A program made the position numbers and the translations under genes. From Utricularia gibba (Eukaryota; Plantae; Magnoliophyta), in assembly GCA_002189035.1 (NCBI GenBank), contig CM007989.1, positions 6,324,001 through 6,388,000 of the forward strand: a DNA stretch of 64,000 nt, in the 5' to 3' direction. This document shows, piece after piece, positions 13,261-26,499 of the stretch (positions are counted from its first letter, which is position 1; the number at the start of each line of letters is the position of its first letter). The notes under the pieces are model-generated. The model ran no database searches and was not told where the DNA came from. It saw only the letters and a program-made list of their open reading frames with translations.

Positions 13261-13409
13261 TTGCTTCTTTTGATCTTCATGCAAGTAATAGATCCATCAA
13301 GGGATATACTAACATTTTCGTGGTTGTTGGAGAGCCAACTCCTGTATGTAGGCCTAAACCAAAGGAATTGCTTGAAGCAGATCTTAAGACTAAAATGGTG
13401 ATGTCGGAG

Positions 13410-13856
13410 TTAAAAAAGAGTTTCTAAGCGTTGTTCCACTAAGGTATGCATTTCTATTATCCTTATATAGTTTTCTTCCTTCTCATTTTGCACCTCTTCT
13501 GTGGTGATAAGTTGCAAAGCATCAAAGATTGATGTAGTAATAACATGTTTTCTCATAATATAATCTTGTGAGGCATCCAACATTGAGGTGACCTTTTGTT
13601 GATGAAGCAGATAAACTTTCTTCAATACTTGACAAAAACCAAATTGACCCTTGGAGATGAAGTTAAAGTTTTTACTATACAGGAAGATAAAAGAGTGTTT
13701 AAATTTTATTGGAAAATGCTTAACTTTGAATGGTGCTTTTTTCAATGATGCCCTAGGATGAAGTGCAAGAAAGAGCTTAGATTCCACTTGAAAAGTTCCT
13801 CTATGTATAGAAGAAGAGACAGCGGTTAGAGAGGAGGAAAGAATAAGAGAGAACAA
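13410..13856 (-). mobile_element. Degenerate Ty3/gypsy gag-like remnant
   Basis: Segment SMLDASQDYIMRKH...MHTLVEQRLETL resembles the Athila-type gag motif MLDASAGG...; weak similarity only. Confidence 0.35.
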
Positions 13857-16319
13857 AAATGGATAATAGTATTTTACTGCTAGATTTTTCGATTATAACT
13901 CCTCTATTAATCGTCTTAACAAAATTTTCAAATATGAGCTACGTATAAATACATTGGATTAAATATATTTAATTCCAAAAGATAAAATAGCTGGCAACAT
14001 AGATTTGCTCCTCCCGATCATGACAATCTTGTTGGAAAAACACGTGTTTCTGGTTATGTTGTAGTACTCGGATCCCTTCATCGAAGTGCGAGAATACTAA
14101 GTGTTCGGATCTTGTCAATGTGGTGCTTGGATACCGAGTGCCTGAATATCTTCTGTAGCATCAAGACACCTTCAATGCAATACCCAATGTTTTCTATAAT
14201 GCTCTATATAACATTCAAAAATATCTCATAATGCTAAAATGCTACCTGAAGTATTTGAATATCTTTATTGTGGAACTTAAAAACCTCAATATTTAATCTT
14301 ATATTAAAGATGCTATGTATCCCATATTAATTTTGGAAACCTCAATCTTTAACCTTATATACAATTGAGGTTATTAACGCTTAAATTTGCTTAATACGCT
14401 TGTTAGAATATTTTTATTAGTATTTTATTCTTTTCCTGATTTAATGTATTTATGATTTACCTTTTTAAATATTTTTCAATGTTTTACTAATGATAAGTGA
14501 AACATTTTTATTCTTTTCAATGTTTTATTCTTTTCACTATTCATCTCTTTGATAATTTATCATTGTTTACATTTTTGTCAAAAAATGACCTTAAATGTTC
14601 ATTTTTATTGAAGATTTATCTTTGTTCACATTTTTATTTGCAGTTTATTATATTCAAAAGCAATTGAACTAAGTTGTTGTGGGAAACCAAAATTAACCCC
14701 CTTTTGTGACTTGACTAATTTACTCTGGTGGGGCCGTATTGGTGAAATAGTATTTTTATAAAAATCAATTGATTGAATAACACATGTTTGAAAAGCATTT
14801 GTTAAATAGCATTTTTATGAATTATTTCAAATCAAAAAGATATATATTGGTTTAATTAAAACATATATATTAATTCTTTTTATTGATTATAAAGATATAT
14901 AAAAATATAAACATAATATATATTGAATTATAAAAATATGTATTTGACTAATACATATGCTTTAATCAGACCAATAGTTTTTTTAATATAAAAGAATTCA
15001 TAAAAGTGTTATTCAACAAATTTCTTTTTCGTAGATTTTATTTAACTAATTTACTCTTCGCGGTTAACAGGACGTCATTCAAGAACAAGTTACCTAATTA
15101 AAAGTTTCCCGTGGCTGTAGAACACACACATCACACTCATGAAGAGCCCCGATAGCATGCACATGTTACTCGAGACAAAGAGAGACTATATGCCATGACT
15201 CACAGATCAGTGGTCTTTCCACAAAATAGAGGAATATCTCTAAACCGAACTCATAAGTGATCGGTTCAGTTCAAAATCTGGTTTTGGTCCATCAAAACCA
15301 GATTTGACCTGTAAAAAAATATGATAACTTTAAGCAAAAGTACATCACAATAATTATCACTATTTAAATATCATATCTCATAAAACTCCAAATCTCTTGT
15401 CCAGTTGATTGGAAATTTACCAAAAATATGTTAATCGGTTTCAGTCGTCGGTTAAACGGCGGGTTTGAAAACACAGCTCACCATTGCAGAGGATAAGGTC
15501 AGAATGGGCGGCTAAAAATGAAAATCATGTATTATAACCATTTTATGTAGTTATATAGGCAAAGAAAAAGAAGAATACAAAGAGCCACTTTTTGGTAAAA
15601 AAGAATGCCCCAAAGATGGCCAAATCATTTTCTTCAAGAGTTCTTTTAACTTTTTCGACATATCTGTTCTTTTCAATTTCAAGTTTATGTTAAAACTACT
15701 TTCTATATTTTCACATACCAAAAATAAATATAACCAAGGTAAATTATTAATGTTATGAATTGTTTACTAATAATATGAAATATTTATCAAACTTGTAACA
15801 TAAGTCTTTGATTAATAATATTTAGAGTATTATCAATCAAATAAAAATTAAATATTTATTATATAGGAAACAATAATTGAAAAATTATTACTAAGTTCAC
15901 TTGTTACTTTCTTGCATAAATGCGTTGATGGTATTATTATTATTATTATTATTATTTTAATTATTTTTTTATTTTTTTAAAAAATTAACAGTTGGATAAT
16001 TAATTAATTTCTTAATCAACATCATTTTTTTTATCCTTTTATAATAATCAAAATTATTTTTGTAGCCATCTCAATTGAGATTTGTAATGATCATGGAAGA
16101 AAGATATTTATGGATCCCACATAGTGTTTCTAGCACAACTTTAACTTGAGGTATCTATACATCCAGTACTTCCTCCTTGATATGATGATTGTTGAAATAG
16201 TAGTAGTATAATCTAACATACATGTAATCTTATCTCTAGTGAGTTGACTTCCATGAATGTTTTGCACCTGTTGCTAAAGCAATGACCATTACTAGGTTTA
16301 ACTTCAAACCATTGTTGGT

Positions 16320-16760
16320 ATCTCCACCAAGTAGATGTAACAATGCCTTCCTTCATGATCAATTAGGTGAAGAAATTCATAAAACCACCTGAGGGACTTC
16401 AGTGCAATGCAAGGGAAGTATGTTTATTAAAAAAAATCCTTATATTATCTTAAATAGGGTTCATGACAATGGAATGTAAAAATCACCAGGTTTTTGCTAA
16501 CTTAAAATTTTACTCAAGCCTCTTTTGATGCTTGTTTTTTTGTTCAAAGGGGATCTGGTTTTTTGACCTTTATGATGTATGTTGATGACATTCTAATGAG
16601 TACAGAACATTAGTTGATAAATTTCTCTACTTGAGTTTCACACATCCAGATATCTCATTTGCGGTTTAGTAACTTTTCCAATATGTGCATGATCCTGGAA
16701 TTCAGCAATGGGTAACCATAAAAAGCTTAGTTAGATACCTTTCACCACATCGAGATTTGT
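16320..16760 (+). mobile_element. Degenerate Ty1/copia reverse transcriptase remnant
   Basis: LHQVDV-NAFLHD near 16322-16360, MMYVDDIL with YVDD at 16578-16589, and a PDISFAV-like motif near 16645-16670. Confidence 0.75.
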
Positions 16761-17622
16761 GTTGTTTTATCTTTATGGGGGTGAACCTAACATGGAGGCC
16801 TACTAAGAACCGGATTCGGGTGCTTGTCATACACCCCGAAATTTTGTTACAATGTATTGTATTTTTCTTGGTGAAATGCTACTACGGTAATATAACGATA
16901 ATGAAATATTACAAAACAGTATGTAAATAATACATTTAAATAATAAAGCATTTTATAAATTTATACTTTGAAAACAAAATAGTTCTTATGTGAAAATAAA
17001 TTAATTTAAAAGTTCCAAAAGTTCAAATTTCTATATCTATAATGACACTTGTTTGGATATTTGATTCATGAATTGACATTCTTTTTATTTAAAAAATATG
17101 AATAATAAGTGGTAGAGAATAAAAAATGAAAACTCTAGGCATTATTACATTCCAAAAAAATTGATTTAATTTATTACTTTTCAAATTTTTAAGAAAAATA
17201 TTTTAGAGCAAATTTTGCAGTTTAAAAAATGATAAAATTGGTCGCTAGTAATTGAACTTATGATCTTATGCATGCATATAATAACAGAGAAAATAGAGCT
17301 AACAGATAATTCTTTAAAGAATATATCGTATTACATATTTTACTATTCGGATATACATTTATTATGATAGAGTATTTTCCGATTTTCGTAATACCTGTGA
17401 CCCTTCTATTCATGTCTTGTGCTTTTCAATGGGCCCCTTGAGAAGCCCAAACTTTTCAAGCGTCGTCCCGCCCAGCCCGAGTACCCTGGTCACCCGAGAA
17501 GGGGAAAAATGAGCAAAATTTCTTCTAGAATGCACATAGAAATCATATTTCGTTCCAAGAGTAGAATCAGTAGCGATTAACCCCTTCATAAGATGCGTAA
17601 TTTGTTACGTACATGTTATTTA

Positions 17623-17628
<6 letters not shown>

Positions 17629-17666
<38 letters not shown>
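17629..17666. repeat. (AT)19 microsatellite
   Basis: Read directly from the sequence. Confidence 0.95.
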
Positions 17667-17670
<4 letters not shown>

Positions 17671-17955
17671 TATTCATTTATATTTATATAAATAGAAATG
17701 TCTAGATCGTTGGTGGTCCTTGGCATAAATGCTTCATTCAAATGTCCAGAGGATCGATCATTGGGTGGTTCCAGCCAAAACTATATGGCATGAGATCTAC
17801 TTCACAGACCCTTCCTTGACATATTTTCTATTTCCCCTATTCAAGCAATAATGGATTTTTATTTTATAATATAAATAATTCCTAATTAATAATACTGACC
17901 TTTAATTTATCAAAAATATACATTTTTTTGTGTAGTAAATCTTGATTGGATGGCG

Positions 17956-18852
17956 CTATTGCGTGAGGACGTTGAGTAGCGAAACCCTAGAACTGATGAA
18001 ACTCCGAAACGCCTGATCTCCGCAAGCCTCGATTTTCCCGATCAGATCTTTCATTTCCTGGATTTTCTTCGACGCCATTTTCAATTCTTCCTCTGTTTTC
18101 TTACTCAGATTTTCCAAATCCACTCCATGGAACTCCCCGATTGAAGCCTCCTGCTTCGATTTCATCCTCAGACTCAGGCGCGTCGACGACTGGCCTCTGA
18201 ACGCCGATGAATTCGAGACCCTAGCAAAGATCGTCGCCGAGGTAGACGCCGTCACCTTGATCACATCGTGAATCGCGGCGATCAGTTCCACTGACTCGGC
18301 ATCCGCGGGTGCGGCGGGTGTGGAGGACGATTTTTCGATCGAATTGAAATTCGTGTGGAGTTTCCTGATTTCCTTAACAATTTTGCTCAGGTTCTTCGAG
18401 CACGCCGCGGCTTTCGAATCCTCTTTTCTCCTGACGGCGATCTGCGCCGCGGAGTGCTCTTCCAGTAGACTCTGTATCAGAGTCTGGAATATTCCGTAGA
18501 CGTCGACGAATATGAGGAAATCATCCAGAAACTTCTCCGTCACACCGGCGTACGCGCTGCGGAGGACCTCACGCGTCTGAGGGAGAAGGAGGATGTCGTC
18601 GAGAGATTCGTGGACGCGTTTGAGTCGGATCAAACCGTCACAGAGCCAAGTCGAGGATGTGGAGCCAGTCTCCCAAGATCTCAGATCTACGATTTCGTCT
18701 TTCAGGCGCGAAATAATAGGACAGGAACGGCACGGAAGGCTTGAGGATCTGACGTGTACGCCCTGCCGGTGCGCCTGCGAGGATTCCGGAGGCGGAAGTG
18801 GATTCGGAAACGAAACGGTTCGCCGGAACTTATTCACCATTTTCTGCGCCAT
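17956..18852 (-). CDS. DUF241 (BPS1-like) family protein, 298 aa, intronless
   Basis: Intact ORF with N-terminal FRRTVSFP and HVRSSSLPCRS.P.I..LKDEI motifs, central FLIFVDVYGIFQ, and C-terminal FRSFISSRVSLLNVLT, all typical of DUF241. Confidence 0.9.
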   Translation of the reverse strand: MAQKMVNKFRRTVSFPNPLPPPESSQAHRQGVHVRSSSLPCRSCPIISRLKDEIVDLRSWETGSTSSTWLCDGLIRLKRVHESLDDILLLPQTREVLRSAYAGVTEKFLDDFLIFVDVYGIFQTLIQSLLEEHSAAQIAVRRKEDSKAAACSKNLSKIVKEIRKLHTNFNSIEKSSSTPAAPADAESVELIAAIHDVIKVTASTSATIFARVSNSSAFRGQSSTRLSLRMKSKQEASIGEFHGVDLENLSKKTEEELKMASKKIQEMKDLIGKIEACGDQAFRSFISSRVSLLNVLTQ

Positions 18853-18991
18853 TTTTCTCCGAAAACAAGTCTAAACTGAAGGTAGTTATATACACTACAT
18901 TGAGTGGACTGTATTTCAGGGAGGGGCCCATTTGTGGGGAATACAAGTGGGCTGTAGGGGCTGGATCCACGAATAAATTAAAAATCTCGGA

Positions 18992-19097
18992 TGACGTGGC
19001 AGGGACTAACTTGATAATTTTTATTCTTTGGGGGAAATATATGAAATTCCAATCAACAGCAGCACTTTTGGGCTGGGCCCGGCGTCGATACCACGTG
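18992..19097. promoter_or_regulatory. ABRE/G-box motifs upstream of the DUF241 gene
   Basis: TGACGTGGC at 18992-19000 and CACGTG at 19092-19097, 140-245 bp upstream of the ATG at 18852. Motif match only. Confidence 0.45.
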
Positions 19098-21329
19098 TGG
19101 GTGGCAACATGTGCTATTAATTTCGCGTCCCAACAAGAATAAATATATTTTTCATTTATAGTAATTAAAGATATCTATTTGAAACTACACTTGAATTAAA
19201 ATATAGTAGGGAATTAGTAATTATCTATTTGAATTTAATATTTACTATGTAAATTGTACTTTATTTCATTTCAAAAATATAATTATATTTATATCATATT
19301 AGAATCATATGTTTCTCTGCAAAACTACACCCCAAAATTATAAATGTAAGTTGAGCAAACACCGTACTGAAAGTAAAATTTGGATGTGTCGGCAGGAAAT
19401 GATTTTTTAATACTTGAGCCGAATCAATTATTCATTTCTTTTGATTGGTTAGTTGAGTGGGATAATTGTGGGGTCCACAACTTAATTACGCAAGAAAATC
19501 CAGCCAGCCAGTCGCCCAGCTGTCTACCGCCCCCCAACCCAGATCCATCCCTTGGGTTGGAGCCAGAGATGATTGGGCCACGTTGCACTTCTCAAAATCA
19601 TCACACGTTCATCATGAAGTCAATTATTTGTCCTCTATTTCATTAATCCGAAAATGCCCCACAACGGCTGACCCGACCCATCAACCAATCTCGTTTGTCT
19701 TCCTATAGTTGCAGGAGTGGTTGCTCCGTCCCCGTCCCCGTCCCGATGACGTCACCCTCTACGCATAACTCCAAGTTTGAATAAACTTCCGTAGCACTCC
19801 ATTATTCCTGATAAGTTTCTCGAATCAGTTTGATGTGCATCCAACATCACCGTCATTTTCAATATGAAATATTAGAATTTTTCAAGTCTTAACAGTCAAA
19901 AGTCGTTGATTCCATGCTCAGAAATCAGTAAGCAGCCATGACTGGAAAAATGGATTGAATTTATTTTTTAAGAATTTATTTGTTTCTCAAATAAAAAATC
20001 AAATTATATTTGATTTAATTAATATTTATAAATAAGATAGAATTATATTCTTAAATAGAATGCTTGATAGCAAACTATTTAAAGGGGATGGGTTTTAAAT
20101 ATTTTACTAAAAAGGAAATAAGTATTTATTTTCATGAAATTTCAATATAGGATAGGATCGCAAAAATCCATCTTTTTGATAATTCAAATTATTAACACAC
20201 AATACTTTCCAAATCCTAACCTGAACATTAAGTGTCTGCTTTATAATTTGAATTGATACTTCAAATTATATAAAATTGAATCAATTTTGAGAATATGTGA
20301 ATAGAATCAAATTTAAAATTGTAAAATTGTATTTAATAAAATAAAATATATATTCCAAAATTTAATATATTAATTATTACATAATTTAATATCATGATAA
20401 TTTTAAAGTAGATTAAAAAAATTCATATGATAATTTTTCTAATTTATTTTGTTTTTAATCATTAAAATATAAATTCAATAAATTTTGAAATTAATCATGA
20501 AATCTGAATTTTTATTTTCAATATAAGACAATTAAAGATTAAAATCTTAAAAAATAAAATAAATCATTTCAAAAAATTTTGAAAATATAACAAACCTCAA
20601 GTAAAATATTCCATATTCAATTTTCTCAAATACCTATAATTATCCTTTATTAAAGACATCCAACTAAAACAATGGGGTTTTGTAACTTGTACAAATTTGA
20701 TAATTTTATTTTAATTATTTTTTTAATATATACTACAAAATATATTATATAATATAGATATATTCAGCTTTTAAAATATAATAGAAAAATAACAATTGTC
20801 TCTCTATAAATTCATAATAATTTAAAATATCTCAATCATATATAAGAAAGATTTAATAAAGAAAATTTGTATTTTTTAAAATTTTCTATAAAATAATATG
20901 TTTATGTTGAATTCGAGCTACAGATCCAATCCTATGTTTTAAAATGTTTATATAAACAACAATACTCAAAAGAATAAAAATACTTTTAATCAACAGCATG
21001 AGAAAAGATAGGCGGAAAACAATATGAGCTTTGAATGAACAAGCTACAGTCCCCAATTCTAAATAATTTCATTTAGAAGTTTTGAACAAGCTGATATGCA
21101 GGGCTTGGGAACATCAACCACATACTGTATGTAATGCATTAGTATTGTTATAGTGAAGAGAAAGATATAACTTTCAAATTTATTTTGTACAGAAATTTAT
21201 TCACTTTTTCAAAATAAGTTCATATTTAAGTGTGAGAGAGTGATACCAATTTTACTACTTTATTGAAGTATTTTTATTTTTTACTCATCATAACTTTGGC
21301 ATTTAGTATAATGACTTGGTAGAGGTTGA

Positions 21330-21760
21330 GGAATCGATAACCATGGCCATGAAGAGACTAAAGGTGGCATAGGACAGATAGAAGCAATTGGCAGATAGAT
21401 GAAGAAGACCATTAAAGTTTGCGATAGGTGAGTATGTCTTCCATGGTCTTTCTTCTTGGAAAGAGATTATATGAGGAAGGAAGATTTGAAACTAAGGACC
21501 AAAGCACATGAGACAGTATGATATATTGGAAAGTATTGGAAAAGAACTTGTTGATTGAAGCTACTAATGAACATGAAGGGAATATAGAACGTCTTCCATG
21601 TGTCTCAGTTAAGATGATGTGTTAGGACTTACGACACTAATTCAGTTAGACGAGTTGATGTTATAAGACAACCTAACATATCAAACATAACCAATACGTA
21701 TTATAGACTATAGTATTGGAGAAAGGTGTCATCAACGGTCTAGCATTTAAGATGCAGGTT
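21330..21760 (+). mobile_element. Degenerate Ty3/gypsy (chromovirus-type) integrase C-terminal remnant
   Basis: KRLKVA*DR*KQLADR*RRPLKFAIGEYVF (21352-21441) and NVFHVSQLR (about 21588-21614). The stops fit C-to-T decay of CAG and CGA codons. Confidence 0.7.
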
Positions 21761-22851
21761 GCAATTTATTATAATTATAATGGGATGAGATTGTTAGTCA
21801 ACAAGTACATCTTAAAGTATAAATTAATTATTCTATTAGTATGTTATTCTGAAGGGTATTATATTTTATTAATACTTTGATTTTTTTCAGATTTATTTAA
21901 CTACTACTGTTCATAGTGTCAATTTTATTTTAAAAGATCTATCTAGTGTAATGAAAGATTCGCATGGATGTCTAATGTGATTAAAAAGTTGGTTATGATG
22001 ATAAATTTTATCACAAATCATAACAATGGGAAAATTATGTGAGAAGAATTATAATGTTGTACAATTGAATCTTGTTGAAATTAAATTTGTATTATATATT
22101 ATAATGATAATAAGATTTAAAATGATTTAATGGTTACTCATAACGATTGGAGGACTTTTCAATATGAAGATTTTGTAAAAGCATTAGAAATGAAGAATAT
22201 TATAATGGATTATAATTTATGGGGTGATATTGATTACAGTCTTGATTTTACTTAATTGATTTATGAAATAATTCTAATATGTGATATCGATAAACTAAGT
22301 TTATATCTTATTTATGACCTTTGGGAGAATGTGATAAATAAAGTGAAGAAGCTAATTCTTGAACATTCATGAAAATGATTCTTATTTTTGGAGTATTGTA
22401 AAAATTGTTTTTGATATAAGATATAAAAATGGTATAACATATTTTCATATATTAACATATTTTTTAGAATAAAGATATGAAAGTATGCAATTGTTTTCTT
22501 GAAATTATTAAATTAATATATGTGAATTTGTATGACTCATATGAACTATCCAAATGCATTGTTAAACATTCGTGACATGAGCTACACATTCCAAACTTTT
22601 ACTTGTTCAATTGGATTCAAAACTAGTTTATTGGAGAATGAAATGCTGGATAATTACTTTTCTAATTCAAATATTCATGCACTAGTTGTTTTAGAGTTTA
22701 CAAGATTTTGAGAAATAACTAGTAAATATTTTCATATGTAAAATATTTTATTACTTAAATGTATTACTTTTTAATTCTATTGTTGGAAATAATTTTCGTT
22801 TTTGCAAAATTGTATTTAACATCCAAGAAAAATATTAGTATTAGTTGTGAA

Positions 22852-22879
22852 ACGTGGCAGATCCTTCTGTACACGTGGC
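22852..22879 (+). promoter_or_regulatory. Paired ABREs (ACGTGGC x2)
   Basis: ACGTGGC at 22852-22858 and ACACGTGGC at 22871-22879, 80-107 bp upstream of the ATG at 22959. Confidence 0.65.
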
Positions 22880-22958
22880 AAACGATCGGAAAGCATTTCA
22901 CTCCTTTCAAAATCCTCAAGAGGACCAGTTCGCCGGCGAACAGAGCTTCGAATTTTCA

Positions 22959-23231
22959 ATGGAAGAGAACAAAAAGCTGGAAATAGACGGCAGTGGGAAG
23001 GGCACCCACCCTTCTCAAATATCGCCATTGAAGCCGGTCACCGAGGAGGCGTACGGCGGTGGGATGTACGGCAAGGAAGATGTTCCACCGGAGAAGGCGG
23101 CAAAGCAACCTGCCAGCGCTACCCAGAGCGCCGACGGGCCGGCAGAGGTGACACCACCGCCGAAGCACGCGCCGCCGCCATCTACCGGTTATCGGGACCT
23201 GGATATAACTGGTCAATCATATATTCAGTGA
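22959..23231 (+). CDS. Small hydrophilic LEA-like conserved plant protein, 90 aa, intronless
   Basis: First ATG at 22959. Motifs EAYGGGMYG, PASATQSADGP and C-terminal PPSTGYRDLDITGQSYIQ match a conserved small plant family that I recall being annotated as LEA-like. Confidence 0.75.
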   Translation: MEENKKLEIDGSGKGTHPSQISPLKPVTEEAYGGGMYGKEDVPPEKAAKQPASATQSADGPAEVTPPPKHAPPPSTGYRDLDITGQSYIQ

Positions 23232-24397
23232 TGACTCATTCTCTTGTGTTTGTGGAGGACCTCTAGATTTCAATCGACATCACCGAACAAGGAGGTTTAG
23301 ACGACGTCGTTTTGTGTGTTGTTTGAGTTCGCAACTCCGGTTGAGTACTATGAGTTACAAGTATTTTATTTTGTGAAGAATATTTTTCAAAAAATAGAAC
23401 CAAATATATGTTTTGATATTTCTAACTTCAAATTTAACCGAATTTCAAACTTCAAATAAAACTACAGGATAAAAGTATGGGACGTATTATCACCTTGGTT
23501 TGTCTCAGCTTCTCAACCTCACAAATTCCTAATCGGGGATAAGCCAAGAGCCTCCCCTGCCGGCTGCCACCACGTCGGAGGCTTCTTCAACTCGCGAGTT
23601 GCATTGCAGAGCTCGCCCATCCGTCCTCCCCACTTGGGCAGCACAATAAGAATCGGTGTGACGCATGACTTAAAAGTCGACACACATGGCCATTAGCTTG
23701 ACATCGCTGCCACCGATACGACAGAAATCGACAGCGGGAAGCAGTACTTTCGATCCAATACAATGCAAAATGGAACACTCTTATTCACCAAGGGAACGTT
23801 GTGGATTTGAAATTGGGGAGTTAAAAAGCACTTTTACAAAGGAAAGGATGGTGACTTTTTAACTTTTAGAACTTGAAAGAATTCTAAAAAAATTTTATTG
23901 CTTCTATGACTAGGAAAATTCACTTTTTATTTTCATTTCTAATTTTTTATAATCATTCATAGCTAACAATTTAGTTTCCAAGAATTGATAAACTTTCTTT
24001 TCAAATCTTGAATACATATATATATGTTACAGTTTTTTTTATTGTAACTATTAATTATTATTTATGAATAGTTAGCCAACTTCATGTGGATTTTGATGCA
24101 CACCAAGATGAAAATCACTATTCCCTACCTTTGTTAATTTGAGGAAGATAATGAATTGTTTGTGATCATGATACTTCATTAATAGATAGGTACTGAACTC
24201 ATACTTATGCTATTGATAATTGGCAATAATGAAACACATATCAATATAATCTCAAGAGCAATCTTATTCTATTGACTGTCCAAAGGGAAAACATATGAGA
24301 CAAATCGTATGCCAATTGTATGGGAGTGTAATGAAATGCAAAAAGTTTTCTATAACAAATTACTCATAAAAAAGCAATGAAAGTGTGGTAAGGAGTG

Positions 24398-25320
24398 TGA
24401 TAACCCATATTTTACTAGTATTTTTATACTATATAATCATAATGTTTTATTATATTTTAGGCTTTATTTGTGCAATTTTTAATATTTTAAGTGATATTTA
24501 GGTTTTTTTCAATTTTATGGGTAAATATGGATTTAATCCATTGATTTACTCCACTTTATATTATGAACATGTAATTAGGTCTTAGTAGCAAGATTAACAA
24601 CAAATCAAACTGAAATTATGTGCATCAAATTGAGGTGGCACATGACCTTAAGGTGGACAAAAAAATATTAATTATGTTACCAGCCTAGACAATGTTCCAA
24701 GGTAGAATGAGTGCGATTGTCAGCAAGAAAGCTCAACTTGGGAAATGATGAAGATATAAGAGGGAGGAACTTTTTAGGGAAAAAAATGAACAAAGAGAAA
24801 GGAATCAAAGGAGAACTTCAAAGAACCATGGATGAAGAAGTAGATTTCAAGAGTAAGCAATTCCACATCTAAAAACAACCTTTACATTAGAGCTACTGTT
24901 TCGAGACTACATTAGAGCTATTATTTTGAGACTAATGGGAATAAATTTAGCTTTATGTTTATCAAATATTTAGTATTGTTACTTTATTTCAGATTATGCC
25001 CATGATATTTTTCTCAATTTTAGTTTATGAAATAATGATTTTGCTTTTCATCATGTGTGGTTAAATTTAGAAGAAGTCTCAAGATACTCAAAGGTTATGT
25101 GGACCAAAGCTTTGATTTTGATCTAATTTTCACCCAGTTTTATTTGTTTTACAATATCTTAAGTAGATCTAAGCGTAGAATAACCCATAGTTAACTTAGA
25201 AACTCAATTTCGACGTTGACCGATAAGTTGAGACGAGCAAATTAGGTGATATTTTATGTTAAAAGCAACAAAAACAGATCGACCAAGTTTAATTTATTTC
25301 AAAAATTGATATTTTCACAA
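24398..25320. repeat. LTR-like dispersed repeat, copy B
   Basis: Begins TGATAACCCAT at 24398 (compare TGATAACACAC at 48280) and shares blocks with copies A, C and D. Right boundary approximate. Confidence 0.4.
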
Positions 25321-26499
25321 TTGGGAGAATCACATGAAATGAAATACTCCTGTAGAAACATGCATGCAATAGAAAACCAATGTGACAAACCAAAAGCGAA
25401 GGTCCTCACAAGTCGTAGTAAACCTTTTGAAAAACATAAGTAGTTTTATAAGAATATTCTGAAAAAGGAAGTTTAGATAATTTTCCAAGTTGAAAACTAT
25501 CACAAAAGGTTGACTTGGATTATCACAACAATCAAGCTTTTATTTTTTAAGAGTAGGACCATTGAGTCTTGTGGAGTACAAAAACATTGATACCACACCT
25601 CTGAAAAACAGAACTTAGAAAAAGAAGAGAATAAGGCTTTTGGTCTTGGTTGATAGCATTAGAAGATTGTTTTAGCACATGCACACCCCTATTACATTAC
25701 CCTATTACTTGATGCCTGCCTATTGAGTGATCTCTTACAAAAAAGATCATCATTAGTAAATACACAATTGATTGATTATTGATCCATCAGTTGTGAAATA
25801 GATAGAGATTTTTTGCTGGTATGGGAATATAGAAAACATCATGTAATGGAAGTGTAAAATTATCTTGTTTGGATGTAGAGGCGCCTTTCCCAATGATGGG
25901 TAAGGAGGTGCTACACCATCATATCTTGTATAAAAGTAGAGTTGATCAAATATATGTTTTGTATCTATCATATGATTGATAGTTGATAACACAAAAGTTA
26001 TCATAGTTTTAAGATTTAAAAATTGTAACTTTTCAATTATGCATTGAAGTTTATCATATAATTTTAAATGTTTTATCAAAAATTTGGGAAATGTATGATT
26101 TTGGGTGCATGCGGGCTAAATCATTTGATTTAGCCAACCCTATGCTATAACCGATTAAGTCCGGCAATACTTAAAACTAGGGGCAGGACATGAAATTTGC
26201 ATAGAGCGAATTAGCAGGACACATGATACAAAAGGAGAAAACAATGAGTCCAACTTTCGTTGTAGCAGATTATAGGTTAAAGACATGAACAATATGGGTG
26301 TGAGAAACCCTATTTGCATTAGAAAAGGAGAGGGAGATATTTTGGAAGGGAGAGAAATCGCAAGAGAAAACTTCAACAACAAGAACAACATGATAGAAGG
26401 AAGAAGTAATAATTTTTTTTTTCAGTAGAAAAACCTCCAACATCAAGAATAAGCATTGAACCAAAGTTATGTGCCATTGCTCAGGTAGTGAATAGCAGC

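Noticed and set aside
16114-16124. USE-like ATCCCACATAG
   Set aside because: One mismatch, no properly spaced TATA or snRNA downstream, and it lies beside a Copia remnant.
22847-23266. 139-aa alternative-frame ORF and the GTG-initiated 125-aa extension
   Set aside because: The GTG lies inside an ABRE. The conserved protein starts at ATG 22959, and the other frame is a by-product of GC-rich coding DNA.
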